A stretch of DNA of 64,000 nucleotides from Stegostoma tigrinum (lineage: Eukaryota): assembly GCF_030684315.1 (NCBI RefSeq), contig NC_081355.1:75478924-75542923 (forward strand). Reading direction: 5' to 3'. Numbering within the stretch: position 1 is the stretch's first letter; the number at the start of each line of letters is the position of its first letter. Of the stretch, positions 38,127-51,104 are shown piece by piece. The notes under the pieces are model-generated. The model was given only the letters and a program-made list of their open reading frames with translations. It searched no databases and was not told the DNA's origin. Made by a program: the position numbers and the translations under genes.

Positions 38127-39339
38127 CTGTAAATAAAAATGGAATATATTGGCAAGAGAAATGATAAATATTGCTTACTAAATAAAATCATGCAGATTTG
38201 TATCTTTGTACTAATCTTAGACATTTGCTATGAACAGACTTTATAAATTTTTGGCAGGCATATACAATGGTCAGTTCACATTTAATGATCATCAAATTAT
38301 TCATGAATTCCTATTGAAATAGATAGATAATGAATGCACTGGGAAAGCCTTGAGTAGTACACAAGCATCATGCTCGAGAAAGTTAAAAATAATTAATGTA
38401 ATCTCTTCTGTTGATATCTTAAAAAAATGCATATAAATGGTTTTAGGTGTTGTGGTTTTCTGTGCAAGGTCAACTTTCCGCAGGAGCTTAAGAATAAGTT
38501 GAGCACAATAGGGGAAAAAAATGAATGCTATCTGGAGTCCACAAATAGTAGTGAAATAGTTGTCAAAACTCTTCATTAACTTTTGGTAAAACCCCTTCTT
38601 GACTTCTCCATTCTAATGAAACTGTCACAGTATCAAAATTGTGTTCTTTATACTTTAGGGACACAATAGTGGGAGGGTACAACTACAGAATAATAATTAC
38701 AGATTACAGGAGAAATCTACATTACGTGTGAATATAGGAAGTTATACAGAAGGGTTGAGGAAAACAAGATCTTGATAACATGAATCAGATTTGGGCATCT
38801 GGGAAGTGAAAACAGCTGCATTTTTTTTAATGTATAATTATTTATCATGCAGTTAAATCTACACATTTTGTACAGATATCTTTTACACCTAGTTTCTCTA
38901 TATTCAGAGACCTGACTTCAGAGCAGAATGGTTCCATCCTCTTTAATGCTTATAAAATCCCTTATTATTTCCTTTTATGTTATCTACTAGTATTTGTTCT
39001 TATTCTCTCAGAGCACTTGCTTGTTTTTAGCCCTCGCATTACGTTTTCCATATTCCTTATAATTTCATTGTTTGCTGCATCCTTATCATATACTTCTCCT
39101 TAGATTCCAATTCGGATTTAACTTCAGTTTGGCAATGGAAACTTATTTTTTTGGAGGACCCCTTTAAGCTTCAAAAAATATATTTATTTTGTTTTCTACC
39201 CATTTCCTATTTGAGGATTCCCCACTGGTGATCTGTATCATGCCTGTTAACTTTCCTGTTCAGGTCCTTTTAGACAGTTCACTTCTTATTGTGCTGAACT
39301 TTGTGTTTTTTTTCTATTCCATTTCCATTCTATTCAGCG

Positions 39340-39890
39340 CAGGATTTCTTCAGGGGAGCATCCAAGGTCCATTCTTCTTTAGCAGCTTCATCAACGACTT
39401 TCAGTCCATCATTAGGTCAGAATTGGAGATGTTCACTGATGATTAAACAGCATTCAATATCAGTCACGAATGACTCAGATACTGAAGCAGTCCATAGCCA
39501 AATGTAGTAAGATTTGAACAGTATCAGCCTTGAGTTGACGAGTGGCAGGTGATATGCACAGCATACATGTGTCAGGCAACGGCTACATCAAACAAGATAT
39601 CATCTAACCACTGAGCTTTGACATTCAATGGCTTTACCATTGCAGAATCCCCCATTATCAACATCCTGGATGGATGCCATTGACCAGAAACTGAACTGGT
39701 CTAGCCATATAGATATTATAGTAACAACAGCAGATCAGAGGCTAGGAATCCTGCAGCCAGTAACTCATCTCCTGACACCCCTGTTCACCATCTACAAGGT
39801 ACAAGACAGAATACTCTCCAGTTGCCTGGATGAGTGCAACTCTAAACTGAAGCAGCTGACAGCATCCAGATCAAGGCAGGCCTCTTGATT
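39340..39890 (+). mobile_element. Old LINE RT fragment (second family)
   Basis: LQGSIQGPFFFSSFINDF...MFTDD and IDQKLNWSSHI. Confidence 0.82.
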
Positions 39891-40249
39891 GGAATCGCAT
39901 CCTCATTCACTCACCTACAACTGACACACTTGAGCAAAGTGTTAATTTTCTTTATTCATTCAAGGGATGGGGACATAGTTGGCCAGGCAACATTTATTTC
40001 CCATCCCTACTTGCCCAGAGAGCAGTTAAGAGTCAACCACATTGCTGTGGGTCTGGAGTCACATGTAGACCAGCCAAGATATCAATGGTAGTTTCCTCCC
40101 CTTAAGGACATTCGTGAGCCAGATGGGTATTCCATCTACAGAGTGCACTGCAAAAATTCATGAAGCATGCCGATACAGCTCCTTCCAAACTCATAGCCAG
40201 TACAATGTAGAAGGATGAAGGCAACTAATGCATTGGAAAACCACCACAT

Positions 40250-40575
40250 CCTAGTATTGTTGCTACCCTATTAATCTAGAGGCCCATGCAATGTTCTGGG
40301 TACCGAGGTTTGATTCCCACCATGACAGGCAGTTTATTTTGAATTCTATAAAATCTAGAATAATGATATTAATGATGACCATGAAACTATTGCCATTTGT
40401 TGGAAAACCCATCTGGTCACTTATGTCCTTTAGGGAGGGAAACTGCTGTCCTTACCTGTTCTGCCCTACACATGACTCCAGACCCTCAGCAATGTGGGTG
40501 ACCCTAAACAGCCCTCTGGGGTGGATAACAAATGTTGGCCTAACCAGTGACACTCATTCTGTGAGTGAATAAAGA
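40250..40575 (+). mobile_element. tRNA-derived SINE (same family as 36122-36472)
   Basis: B-box-like ggtttgattccc; body ccatctggtcact...tttagggagggaaactgc; tail gtgagtgaataaa. Confidence 0.85.
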
Positions 40576-42454
40576 AAAGCCATTCATTTTGGCTTGGAAA
40601 CATGCCCTTCTTTGGTCTTTCACTGGGTCAAGTGCTGGAACTCCCTTCTTATGAGCACTGAGGGTGTGCCTACACCAAGTGGAGTACAGTGGTTCAAGCC
40701 GACAACTCATCACCACCTTAAGAGAACTAGGTGTGGGGAATGAATGCTTGCCTAGACAGCAAAGCCTGAATTTTTTCCTGAATTTTTTAAAAGTCTTAAT
40801 TATGCTTAACATTGACTCTTCATAATTCTTTTTACTGTTATGCTAAGAATGTTGTGCTCACTATTTCTCAGCTGTTCTTCCACAATCAACAGTCATGTGG
40901 CCATTTCATCTCCAAACACAAAAGCAAACAATTATTCTTTCTTTCCTGAAATACAGCACATTGATCTAATATAAGTCCTGGATGTATTCAGCAATGTACT
41001 CTCAGTCTAACGAGGGAAATACAAAATCATTCCTTATTATTTCCATTTTGTTTCAACACATCAGTATGAATAGTCTACAAATCTTCCCTTCTCCATTTAT
41101 TGGTGACCTGTAACGCAGACCAAGAATTGTCTCCTTTCTTATTGGAATAATGGCATCTGACATCACAAAAAGTAGGAGTTCAGCCATTGTACTGTTAGGT
41201 CTTTGGCAGTGCCATCTGATTTGACTTAGCGCTGGAACATTTTTCGAAAATACGTATAAAATTTCCTGTTGCAAGTTACCAAATGAAGATCCATAAATGA
41301 TAATATTCCATGTAAAGCCCTGGAACAATCATGAAATTCCTAAAAAGGCAGTAATGGAAAATTCATTGCCAAATCTGCAAAGGAGCAGCAAAAGACTTAC
41401 TACAGCTGAGAACATAAAACAATTAAATCTATCATATGAAGGTGGACCACAACCTGTGCACCAACAACTAAACAGCCAAAGGCATTACATTTATACTAGA
41501 CCCATTCATTATACAGGCTGGACAGCACAAAAAACACATCATTCAGCACGATTGATTTATGCCGGTATCTATGCTCCACATGGATTTCCAAATGCACCTC
41601 CTAATCCAAACCTTTCATAATCCTCCCCCTCACGTGTTTATCTAACATCTTAACTGCACACGAATTGTTCTTGTATAACATAAAATCATTGTAATATCAG
41701 TGATAAACAATAATAGCCAAAGATAAAAACAAATTATGTTCCACATCACTACCATTCACCTGATACCTTGTAATAAATTCCAAGTTATTACAATGATAAT
41801 AACGATCAGTGATTACTTCCCCAGACCACAAGGAAAAGCCTTGATTTTACTTATACTTAACTTTAATTACTTAAGTCGGTAAAATGTGCATCTTACGATT
41901 GGCGTATGATCTTTAATGTGCTCTAATGACTCATGCATATTTACATACTTTGTAGTTAACGATGTTATTAGGTTGTGCAAAAATTACTGCAGGAACGTGG
42001 ATTATCATTAACTGAAGAGTTGCTAATCATTGAGGCTGTATGCCAAAACAACCTTTGAATTAAGAAATTAGATGTGGAAAAGTTACAATGCAATGAAAAT
42101 GAATTACTAACTTGCAAACAAATAATCAACTGATCAATTAACATCGGGGAAAACCTGCAATTCATAGGAATCATGTTATATGTGAAAAGCATTAATTTGC
42201 TAATCAAGCTGATCATCCTGCATTTTAGTAGACCTGAATTCAGAAGTCTGAAATTTCTGAAGTTATTAGCTTTCAGAAACAGCAATTCAGTTGGGTTCTG
42301 CAGGACTACATTAGCATTAGCTGCCTGCACTGATTTCTCTACATTTGCACTTATATTTGTTAGCCAATCAAGGGATTAATTATCTGAAGTTTTGGCCGAC
42401 ACTGAGTTCCTGCAGGCTTTAATGCATGCACCAATATGATGCTGGATCATACAG

Positions 42455-42715
42455 TCATAATCAGAGTCAGACAACACAGGAGGCCCTTTGGCCCAGGTCT
42501 GAGCCACCCGATCTGCACTAATCTCACTTTCCAGCACATGGCCCCAAGCCTTGAATATTTTGACATTTCAAGTGCTCATCCACATTTTTTTTAAAAACAG
42601 TGAGGGTTCCTACCTCTACTACCCTCCCAGACAGTCCATTCAAGATTCCCACCATCTTTTGGGAGAAAAAAAATCCTTAAATCCCCTTTAAACCATGTGC
42701 TTTGCACCTTAAAAT
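42455..42715 (-). mobile_element. CR1 3' fragment
   Basis: Degenerate FF...VVGILNGL sequence and 3' UTR resembling 55700-55940. Confidence 0.65.
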
Positions 42716-42734
42716 CAACTGTGTTGGGAAGGAG

Positions 42735-42817
42735 AGATAACAAAGTGTGAAGCTGGATGAACACAGCAGGCCAAGCAGCATCTCAGGAGCACAAAAGCTG
42801 ACGTTTTGGGCCTAGAC
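42735..42817 (-). mobile_element. Single-arm Penelope-terminus fragment (family A)
   Basis: Reverse complement of about 61148-61230; stops at hammerhead stem II. Confidence 0.85.
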
Positions 42818-42997
42818 ACTGAGTTGTTGATCCTGGTTTATTTGAATGCCTTTGCTTCTCGAAAATGTTATTAAAGGGTAGTGTTCAAATTAAATATACA
42901 GTACCCCAAAGTTTATTTTTATATGAACCGACTGTAGCTCAACACTTTTCCTATCTTCAGTGTAATGTTGTGTAATTATTTCCGAATAGTTTAAACT

Positions 42998-43903
42998 TAG
43001 AACATAGAACATAGAACATTACAGCACAGTACAGGCCCTTCAGCCCCCAATGTTGTGCCGACCTGTCATACCGATCTCAAGCCCATCTAACCTACACTAT
43101 TCCATGTACGTCCATATGCTTGTCCAATGACGACTTAAATGTACCTAAAGTTGGCGAATCTACTACCGTTGCAGGCAAAGCGTTCCATTGCCTTACTACT
43201 CTCTGAGTAAAGAAACTACCTCTGACATCTGTCCTATATCTTTCATCCCTCAATTTAAAGCTGTGCCCCCTCGTGCTCGCCGTCACCATCCTAGGAAAAA
43301 GGCTCTCCCTATCCCACCTATCTAAACCGCTGATTATTTTATATGTTTCAATTAAGTCACCTCTCAACCTTCTTCTCTCTAATGAAAACAGCCTCAAGTC
43401 CCTCAGCCTTTCCTCGTAAGACCTTCCCTCCATACCAGGCAACATCCTCGTAAATCTCCTCTGCACCCTTTCCAAAGCTTCCACATCCTTCTTATAATGC
43501 GGTCACCAGAACTGTACACAATACTCCCAAGTGCGGCCGCACCAGGGTTTTGTACCGCTGTAGCATAACCTCTTGGTTCCGGAACTCGATCCCTCTATTA
43601 ATAAAAGCTAAAACACCGTATGCCTTCTTAACAGCCCTGTCAACCTGGGTGGCAACTTTCAAGGATCTGTGTACATGGACACCGAGATCTCTCTGCTCAT
43701 CTACACTGCTAAGAATCTTACCATTAGCCCTGTACTTTGCCTTCCGGTTACTCCTACCAAAGTGCATCACCTCACACTTGTCTGCATTAAACTCCATTTG
43801 CCACCTCTCAGCCCAGCTCTGCAGCTTGTCTATGTCTCTCTGCAACCTACAGCATCCTTCGTCACTATCCACAACTCCACCGACCTTAGTGTCGTCTGCA
43901 AAT
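42998..43903 (-). mobile_element. 5'-truncated CR1 LINE, relatively young
   Basis: (TTCTATG)n tail; two long ORF2 fragments (43492-43872 and 43092-43484) separated by one frameshift. Confidence 0.95.
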
Positions 43904-44821
43904 TATTCAACTTATACATAAGGTAAAAGGACCAAATACTAAATAGAGTGCAATCCATTTTTAACAATTGTGTAGCCTAATTAATTATGGACTTTGATAA
44001 AATTGATCAAATTTCATGATGACGGAGACAAAATGTCTGAATACAACCCTACTTATTCACTTAAGCATGAAACTAATACATTCACATGCTGTTAACATAT
44101 GTTAGTGAACAATAAGTTTTGATTATTGTTTGAAGGTGTATTCACACTATAACAAAAACATAGGGGCAAATTACTGGATTAACTCCAGTAAATATTAACA
44201 TGCATACAAAGCATCGCAAGGCTAAACTGCAATGGAAAAACACCTTAATCTCACTTCACTAAAGCAGCATCAACATCAATCTTAAAACAATGACTTGTTT
44301 AATGCCCTACTGGGTAGAATTTTTATTTCCTACATGCAAGCCATGCTTCAAAATCTAAGATTAAGGTAAGTTAAACTGAGACCTGTGTTACGCATGACAG
44401 TTTTAGTCTGAGGTTAGGGAACATGGTGGCACAATTTTTGGTAGATTTTGATAGATTACAAGTGATTTGTATGTCAGCAATTGCCCAGATATCATAATCA
44501 GTAGCATCTGCTGATCTTGATGCCGTGGACTGTTCCTTTTCAAATTGTTTTTTAAAACTAGCACCAAGGCAAAAGGATTTTCAGGCATGCAGCAGCTGTG
44601 ATGTCAATAAATTGAGTAAACAGCCATTCACATGGAAGCATCTGGTTAAAAGTGCTTGATATGTCAATTTTAATATATGTTTTTAGTTTGTAAAGCAAGT
44701 GATCACCCTATAATTTACATAATGTCCCCCTGACATTCAACGGCGTTCTCAACTCTGAATTCCCACACAAAAATCCTGGGAAGTTACCATTCACCACAAA
44801 CCAAACTGGACCAGCTATATA

Positions 44822-45016
44822 TTAAAGTGTGGAGCTGGATGAACACAGCAGGCCAAGCAGCATCTCAGGAGCACAAAAGCTGACATTTCGGGCCTAGGGT
44901 CTAGGCCCGAAACGTCAGCTTTTGTGCTCCTGAGATGCTGCTTGGCCTGCTGTGTTCATCCAGCTCCACACTTTATTATCTTGGATTTTCCAGCATCTGC
45001 AGTTCCCATTATCACT
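44822..45016 (+). mobile_element. Fold-back Penelope-terminus mini-element (family A)
   Basis: 75-bp inverted arms at 44823-44897 and 44901-44975; TSD GGACCAGCTATATA at 44808-44821 and 45017-45030; nearly identical to 61146-61265. Confidence 0.93.
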
Positions 45017-45231
45017 GGACCAGCTATATAAATGCCATGGCCAAAGGAACAGGTCAGAGACTTGGAATTCTGAAGCAAGCAACTCACATTCTGTCTCGCC
45101 AAAGCCTGTCTGCCATCCATAACGTAACAGTCAGGCTTCCAGTAGCATTCTCTTATTGCCTGGATGAATGCTGCTCCAACAACAAAAAGGTTGACAACAT
45201 CCACAACAAAGCAACCTGCTTAGAGACAGTA

Positions 45232-45345
45232 AGGGCCACAGATGCTGGAAACCATAGTCTATAGATGTGAGGCTGGGAAAGCGCAATAAGTCAGACAGCA
45301 TCCGAGGAGCAGGAAAGCCAACAATTTGGGCCGAAACCCTTTGTC
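45232..45345 (-). mobile_element. Diverged Penelope-terminus fragment
   Basis: cagatgctggaa...cagcatccgaggagcaggaaagcc...gggccgaaaccct resembles family A. Confidence 0.65.
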
Positions 45346-46617
45346 TGAACATTTCTGGGAATTTTCTGGCAAAGCAACCTGCTTGTTTGTTACACCATCC
45401 ATTATCTTGAACAATCACTACTTCATTGACATATAATGGCAGCATGGTATACCATGCTGCACTGCAGTAACTGAAAAGGACTCCTTCACAAGTAGCTTCC
45501 AAATTGCTCCCTCCATCACATACTAAGACAAAGACAGCACATGCGTAATAACACCACCACCTGCCAGTTTCCTCCAAGCCACTCACCATCCCGACTTGTT
45601 GCAATATTGCTGCTTCTTCACTGTCACTGGGTCAAAGTCTTGAAACTCCCTTCCTAACAGTGGCCATGTTCACTTTTACTTTAAGGTCTGCATCAGTTCA
45701 AGAAGGGAGCTCACTACTACTTTCGTCGGGCCAATTAGTGAAGGGTAATAAACGCTACCCTAGTTTGTAATGCCCACATCGCATGAAGAATAAAAGTAAA
45801 GCAACTTTAAAAACATACCTTTTTTTCCAAAAGGGTGGACTTTTTATTATACTGGAGAAATCTGTCATTCTTCAAATACGGAATTAGTTTTTAGGGTCAA
45901 TGAGAGTGTTTAGGTTCAATTATGAAAGCCAGTTGTATCGCATTGAACAAGCTGTAGTTTTTTCAAGGTTTTATGCAACAAAATTAACAGCATTAGAGTG
46001 GTAGTTCCAATTAGTTATTTTCCTTAGGCTGCAATCTGGTGTTGGAGAGACCTCGTCAGTGTCTTCTGGAAAAATGTAGGGTCGTTGACAACAAGTTCTG
46101 GATTTCCGAATTATTCTGAGCGTGTACAGACTCCACAGTTTTCTTTTTGTTTCAACGGAGTAATGACAGCAAACACTGACAGGCTGGTTATCTAATGTAC
46201 TACAACATTCAGACCATGAAGTAAATCTACCTGCTAAGGAAGCCTGCAGTAGGAGATGCTAGCCAACAAATATGGGTCAGAAATATAAATTCAATGTGCT
46301 CGGAGATCATTTATGAAAAACTGAAGCAACATGCATGCAGAGGCATAAGACGGAAATTATTTTCTGCTAGATACAACACAATTGTTTGTAAATTATAATG
46401 TAAAGACATTCAATTTCACACCTATTAGTGATAACATTCTGCTCTATTTTGTTTCCTCCCAGAACCAGTGGCTATGTTTCACAAGTAATGCATCCTGTAC
46501 CACCACCATCACTATACAAGGCAACTTCTCCTTTAGAATACAACACTGCAAAATTTTCGTGGTTAAGTGCAGGAATGCTGAAAGTAACAGATCTTGAATT
46601 TATCATAAATATGTTAC

Positions 46618-46648
46618 CTTTTTGTGTGGTGAATATTCATCAATGGTG
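46618..46648 (-). CDS. RAPGEF5: RAPGEF5 micro-exon: (H)TIDEYSPHKK
   Basis: 31 nt; tttcag|C ACC ... AAG|gtaac; phase 2 to 0; matches the recalled human HTVDEYSPQKK. Confidence 0.9.
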
Positions 46649-49600
46649 CTGAAACAGAAACAAATCAATGCTAACTAAGTGCAATGTCAAATAAATCATC
46701 ACTTTCCTTTCCCTTTCATTGTATTTGATGATGTCTAGAAGACAAGCAAAAAACAACTTGCATAAATGTCCTGACTCTTTGAAATAACCCAGTGGGAAGT
46801 ATGTAAAAATGGCTGAGATTAACCTAAACCTCACTCCTGCACTGTATACAGAAGTCAATCACGTACTGGCTGGACTTATTGTTGGCCCCTGGCAAGGCAG
46901 ACCACGATCAAAAACTTACTACAATTGGTTATAGGTGGAAATCACCTTTGTTGCTAACAATCTGCTTTATGCATGCTTTTCCAGTCCCGATTCACATTGG
47001 CAAAACAACTGATGGAAGGCAGTGGAAAGTGAGCCATAATGCGTAACACATTTATTTTGAAAGAAATAAAGGCCCTATGTGGAGCAGGAGGGATGAGGCA
47101 GGGTGCCTTGAGAAACAAAATCCGGGATGGAGTGTGTGCTTTATCTAGGGTAACTCAGACCTTGAGATTCTCACAATTGGATCGTGTTGGAGGCACACAC
47201 TTACATGATGACGTGAGAAGATCTGAATGAGCAAGGGATGTGTCAAAGAGAGGAGAAAATGAAGCAGGCTGATGCAGAATATGTCTAAAACAACAGGAGC
47301 GTGATGCCCAGTGTGGAAGTGTTTAGGACTGTCCTGGAATTTGGCCTCCTGCCTAGGGTCTGACCTTCCTGAGACACCATTGTACCTTATCTCCTCCACC
47401 GTCCTCGCTTTTTGAGTCTGCACATGTGTGAGTCTGAGGCCATTCGGCAACAAGAGAGCAGAGGGATTGTTCTCCTTGGTGAGTTGTTTGGCTTTGGAAA
47501 GTGTCTGTTTTGTGGGGGCTATTTCTAGCAGGCAGCCTGGGAGTGAATTCCAGTAATCTCCTCCCTGATACGGGGTGAGGTGTGAGTGGGTCGTGATTCT
47601 GTAATTAGTTTGAAAAGGAAAGGAGGTCTCAGGCTTAAGCCCCAACCCCAGTCACTTGCCTCATCCCCACCCCTAGCTATGCTTCTACGATATGGGCATA
47701 AACGCTTCAGCGCCATCTCCACTCTTATGGTCTTAGCAAAATGCCTCATGCACCTCTCATTGTTTTCTATGAAATGAATGATCAGAGGTCATGGGATGAT
47801 CAGAATCAAAGAACTCAAGGGACAATCTTTGAAATCATTCCAAATTTAAAGCGCAATTACATCAAGAAGCAGTGAGACTCAAGGAAGGGACAGGCAGTCA
47901 GAGTCTCTGACTTATGTTTTGGGCTAGCTTATTAATCTTTCTACTTTCTCTCATTCCACATTAAGAACTGCTTGAGGTCAGAAGTCTGTCATTTTTCAGG
48001 TAAAGGAAAATGTGTGTTGACTATGCAGGTTTGAAGGTTCACAGAAGTGTTATTATCTAAGACCCTAAAGATGATAATAGGCCTCTGCTCAAGTGATATT
48101 GGGGGATGAGTGAAGGTTGTTGGGATTTAACTAATGACAAAAACCTTACTGGGACATTGATCTCATTCACTTTTTATGCAGGCGATCGGACATTTCGGGT
48201 TATTATTCCGGGCCAAAACTCAACTCTTTGTATATTGCATATAACTGACATGCATGAGATGAATCTGTACCTGAAAGCTGACCTCATTAAACACAATTTA
48301 AATGAGTGTAAAGGGCATTATACTTTGTAATCAGGCACAACTGTGAAATGTTAGCAGCGAAATGCCTGGGACCTCACCAAAACTTAAAAACTGCCATTTA
48401 CTGCCAAAACTGAGCAACATATCTGCAGGGGGTTTAAAGCATGCTGAGAATTATGACTCCTCTGCCAAGTTTCACACTTTTCTAACAGGAAGGCGGCACT
48501 GCAATTTCTAGCAATGTCTTGAGAGAAGACAAAAGGTAGTGTGGTGAAAATTTAAATGACAGAGTTAACAATAATAGTTTGAGGTTGGATCAGATCAGGG
48601 CACCTGTTGTTGTTAGATCTGTCCCTACATCAACCACGACAAAGGACTTTGTCCTACTAGGTTGTTACTTGTTACATGTGAATTGACACCAGCACAACAA
48701 ATAACATTGGATATCTGGGCCCTGAGTAAACAGAAAAGCCATTACAGTTGTTTCATTTACAAATCAGATTAAAGGACTGGGAAATAAATAATGGAAAGCG
48801 TAAGAATTAAATGAGGTGAATTCAGTATCCAGTGCAGAGAAGAAAACAGAGAGGAAAAGAAAGGTTGGATAAGCAGAGGGAAAAAATATGCAGAATGGAA
48901 TTACAAGAGTTGTAAAAAATGATATTTTCTTAAAATTTCCTAAAACATTTCACAATTTTAAGGAATAAGGCTCCACACTTGTAATTGTTTGGTTTAGTAC
49001 CAAAGGGATTGATTGGTAGTCATTAACATTTATCACCATTCAGTAGGTGCTTATAAACTTCCCTAAATATCAGCTTGGCTTTAGTTTATTTTTTATTGTG
49101 CAAACACTACTTCACATTGTTCAAGTTATGGCAATGGTGAGGAATACAACAAGATGCTATTTTTGTGAAACTGGTGAAGTGGCACAACTCAGCCAGTAAG
49201 TTATGGATATTGTTACTTATATTTAGTGGTGGATCTGTCTGACTAGACCATATTATTTACATATGAATGACAGTGAACACCATTAGTCTATTAAGTTGAT
49301 GGTGTTATTTTGAAGAACATTTTCAAGATATTGTCATCTATTTGATGGATTGGGTCAGCCATCAATACTAAATCAAGTAAAAAGAAGTGAACATTATAAT
49401 GATGCTACAATAAACACCCTTTTGTTTGCAGATAGAATCTTCAAATGTTTTCAATGTAAATATTGTTCTGCAATATTAGGGCCAAGGGAAATTAACAACA
49501 ATAGGGACATAAGTTTAACAATTATAAAAGCTTTTTGAATTCAACTTTCAAGCCTCAACGTCATGTGAAGTAAAGTGCAGGAGTTCATTACTGTCTTGAG

Positions 49601-51006
49601 CATGATAGAATGGAAGCTTTAAATAATTAAGCCCTTGTTTTTCATGAGAGCACCTGAACTGTATTAATATTTTCACAAGGCCAAAAACCATTTACTGAAC
49701 ATTACTAAATGATATTTTGATGATGTAGAAACAGGTCTTAACCTCCGAAACTTACTCCATATACACTATTGTAGCAAGTGTGACTGGATTAAAATAAGCA
49801 CACAATATAGAAACTGATTTTCACTTTTTAACTAAAGATATATATTCTGCTTCTTTAGAATGTGAACTAGACTTATAGCTTACTACAAAGCTCCTTAAAT
49901 GAATAAAGTGGCAAGTGTACCTGTTCAGTGTAAAAGTGAGCTTCAAGGATCAGGGAGGACTCAAGCTCCATACCATGAATTAAGTAGTATCAATCTCCCT
50001 GGGCTAGTGAGGGGGAAGAATAATCAGGTAGTATTCTATCTCCTGGTCACTCTACTTAACGTCTGTGTGTGGACATCAGATTCAAAGCCTATTGTGCTTG
50101 ATCATGTATCCCCTACAGTCCACGTATTCTGTTGACACCCATGGTCTACACTTTGCCAGAGAAACCCTTCCAATTTCAGGGAATACAAACATACTAGGAA
50201 AAGGAAAGAATTTGATCAGTCAGCCTGCAACTACCTCACCATATTCAAATGGCAGCAGGAAGGCCAGAGTCCAGGATTTGACTGACCTCCCTCCACTACC
50301 ATCATCACTGTCTCTTAGAAGAATTTCAGGAATCAAATAGTAATGTTTCAGAGAACACTACTGGGAATCCTGCTATTCTTTGCAATTTGAATAAATATTT
50401 GGCACTCAATTTTTAAACTCAAATAAGTGAATCTTATTTTAAAAAGGACGTTTTAATCTAAGCAATACTAGAAAGTAAGTTAAACTATGGATGGGCACAC
50501 TAAATTGGGGAAACAGACTTTTGAGAAGGACTTTTTAAAATCAATTTACCACCACATGGTACAAACTTATAAATTTATGTTGACTAATGAAATAGCAAAG
50601 AAAATAGCATGGTTTAATTGAAATATTTCAAATTTCGATCAACACAAAATAGAAATCTTGACAGAGATTACAGTGTTTATTTAAACAAAGTGAATATTCA
50701 GGTCACTGCTGGGCACATTCTTTGCCAGATTATGTAACACTACTTGATACTATATAAGAATTAAAGGTCACTGTGGGGAAATCTTGACCAATTACTGGGT
50801 AATAAAATGTCATAAAATGGAAGTTATTACCATTCTGTTGTGGAATGTACCCATGAAATGAATTGTTAAGAGTGCCTCATGAACTATGCCCCTCCCCTTG
50901 AGTTGTCACCACAATGAATGATAACAATGTAGCCACAATTCCTCAAATATTAAAAGCAGTAAACAGCACAGTTCCAGGCAAGAAATGTTATTTTCATTGT
51001 ACTCAC

Positions 51007-51104
51007 TGCCTGCGAGGAATCCAAAACAGGCTCTGAAGTTCTTTCAATCCCTTTTCCAAACTAGGATATTCATAAAGATCATCAAGTACGCACCTATAAA
51101 GGTT
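51007..51104 (-). CDS. RAPGEF5: RAPGEF5 exon: NLYRCVLDDLYEYPSLEKGLKELQSLFWIPRR(H)
   Basis: 98 nt; ctacag|AAC ... CA|gtgagt; follows an 84-nt intron. Confidence 0.92.

Larger units (their letters stand above)
44725..45795 (+). mobile_element. Old LINE 3' portion (second family) hosting two Penelope-end insertions
   Basis: KPNWTSYINAMA...QRLGILK; 3' tail ...gcccacatcgcatgaagaataaaa shared with the SINE family. Confidence 0.8.

Noticed and set aside
18513-45030. Recurrent palindromes as CRISPR repeats, pre-miRNAs or MITEs
   Set aside because: Eukaryotic and dispersed, without spacers. The sequence matches the Penelope 3' terminus and the arms are asymmetric, unlike TIR elements. miRNA production cannot be judged from sequence alone.
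47145-47645. 166-aa minus-strand ORF as a novel gene or coding exon
   Set aside because: No recognisable domain, and its donor phase (0) is incompatible with the next RAPGEF5 exon (phase 2).
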